From positions 1-57,326 of the forward strand of contig CAWJZV010000020.1 in the NCBI GenBank assembly GCA_963847445.1: a stretch of DNA of 57,326 nucleotides. The letters run 5' to 3'. Source of the DNA: an uncultured delta proteobacterium (GTDB lineage Bacteria; Desulfobacterota; Binatia; UBA9968). Shown here one piece after another: positions 56,584-57,326 of this stretch. The translations under genes and the position numbers were made by a program. The notes under the pieces are model-generated. The model was not told the DNA's origin and ran no database searches. It saw only the letters and a list, made by a program, of their open reading frames with translations. Position 1 is the first letter of the stretch. Every line of letters starts with the position of its first letter.

Positions 56584-57326
56584 TTAGCGCCGCTCACCGG
56601 CCGGCGCTAGGGGTTGCAATTGCGCCGGAACATAGCGCTCGCCGGCGCGCTGTCGGTGTTCGTAGCCGACCTTCATTTCAGCCGCGAGCGTGAGCAGCCC
56701 CAGAGTCAAGAAAAATAAGATAACCCCGAACGCTGCCCGCTTGAGCAGAGCGCGCGTGCGCGCGGGATCATCGCCCTCGAACCATCCCCACTTGATCGCA
56801 AGACGATAGAGACCGACTCCGCCGTGAATTTCCACTGCAAAGAGCAGCACCAAATAGAGCGGCCACCAGCGCCCCGTCCACACTCGATCCGCTGATTCGT
56901 AAGGGCCGATATCGCCGGGGTGCATGAGCATTTGGTAAAGGTGCGCTGACGCGAAAAAGAGCAGCACAAAACCAGTTACGGCCTGAACCCACCAGAGTGT
57001 CGTATCCTCGTGGCCAAGCATTTTTCGATGGCCGGTGAACCTTGTGTACTCCTGAAAATTGGCGGGAACTTTGCGCATAGCGAGCGCGCCATGGAGCACG
57101 AATAAAATTGCCACCACGACGACAAAGCCAGAGACGATGGCGGGGTAACTCTTGCCAAAGACAAATTGCCCCTCGAACATCTTCGTGACCCACCACATGG
57201 CATCCTTGCTGATGAGGATGGTCGACACGAAGGCCATGTGGCCCCACATAAACAGGCTGAGCAGCAGACCGCTGGCGCTCTGCAGGACATCGAGTCGCGC
57301 TGGCCAATGGCTTTTCCGCGTGCTTC
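56584..57326 (-). CDS. frdC: Fumarate reductase diheme cytochrome b subunit (5' end outside window)
   Basis: Frame open to the edge: RKSHWPARLDVLQSASGLLLSLFMWGHMAFVSTIL..KMFE..VLHGALAMRK..DTTLWWVQ..SAHLY..AVEIHGGVGLYRL. Confidence 0.9.
   Translation of the reverse strand, partial: STRKSHWPARLDVLQSASGLLLSLFMWGHMAFVSTILISKDAMWWVTKMFEGQFVFGKSYPAIVSGFVVVVAILFVLHGALAMRKVPANFQEYTRFTGHRKMLGHEDTTLWWVQAVTGFVLLFFASAHLYQMLMHPGDIGPYESADRVWTGRWWPLYLVLLFAVEIHGGVGLYRLAIKWGWFEGDDPARTRALLKRAAFGVILFFLTLGLLTLAAEMKVGYEHRQRAGERYVPAQLQPLAPAGERR

Overview
GC-rich bacterial genomic window. The gene content (expanded UbiD/cupin/periplasmic-binding-fold genes, sigma54-heavy regulation, heptamer and palindromic intergenic repeats) suggests a deltaproteobacteria-like lineage such as Ca. 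Binatia, but this is inference only. Many genes carry single-base frameshifts, probably assembly errors. From left to right: (1) a minus-strand gene run cheY pseudogene - CBS protein - giant (~3,890 aa once four frameshifts are joined) secreted Rhs/YD protein - membrane-anchored putative immunity ORF, behind a well-spaced sigma28-type promoter. The giant protein has a signal peptide, beta-helix, Ig/PKD stalk, teneurin-like plug region, a YD shell interrupted by about 1,000 aa containing three Gly-rich repeats, and a C-terminal domain with CD38/ADP-ribosyl-cyclase-like motifs. (2) A flagellar basal-body/hook operon (flgB flgC fliE fliF fliG fliH fliI fliJ fliK flgD flgE flgE) with FleS/FleR-like regulators, two receiver-less FleQ-like sigma54 activators, several sigma54 promoters and FleQ-like boxes. 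(3) An aromatic-acid-type cluster (heme-oxygenase-like diiron enzyme, gentisate-dioxygenase-like cupin, dihydroxyphthalate-decarboxylase-like protein, UbiD). (4) Single-domain response regulators, a GNAT/acyl-CoA-synthetase fusion, a USP and a split pyruvate:ferredoxin oxidoreductase. (5) A Fur-family regulator and katG. (6) A DASS transporter and Wolinella-type frdCAB. The best candidate for an undescribed system is the apparently flagellar-(sigma28)-coupled, teneurin-like giant adhesin-Rhs toxin with a CD38-like NAD-consuming warhead and its immunity gene.
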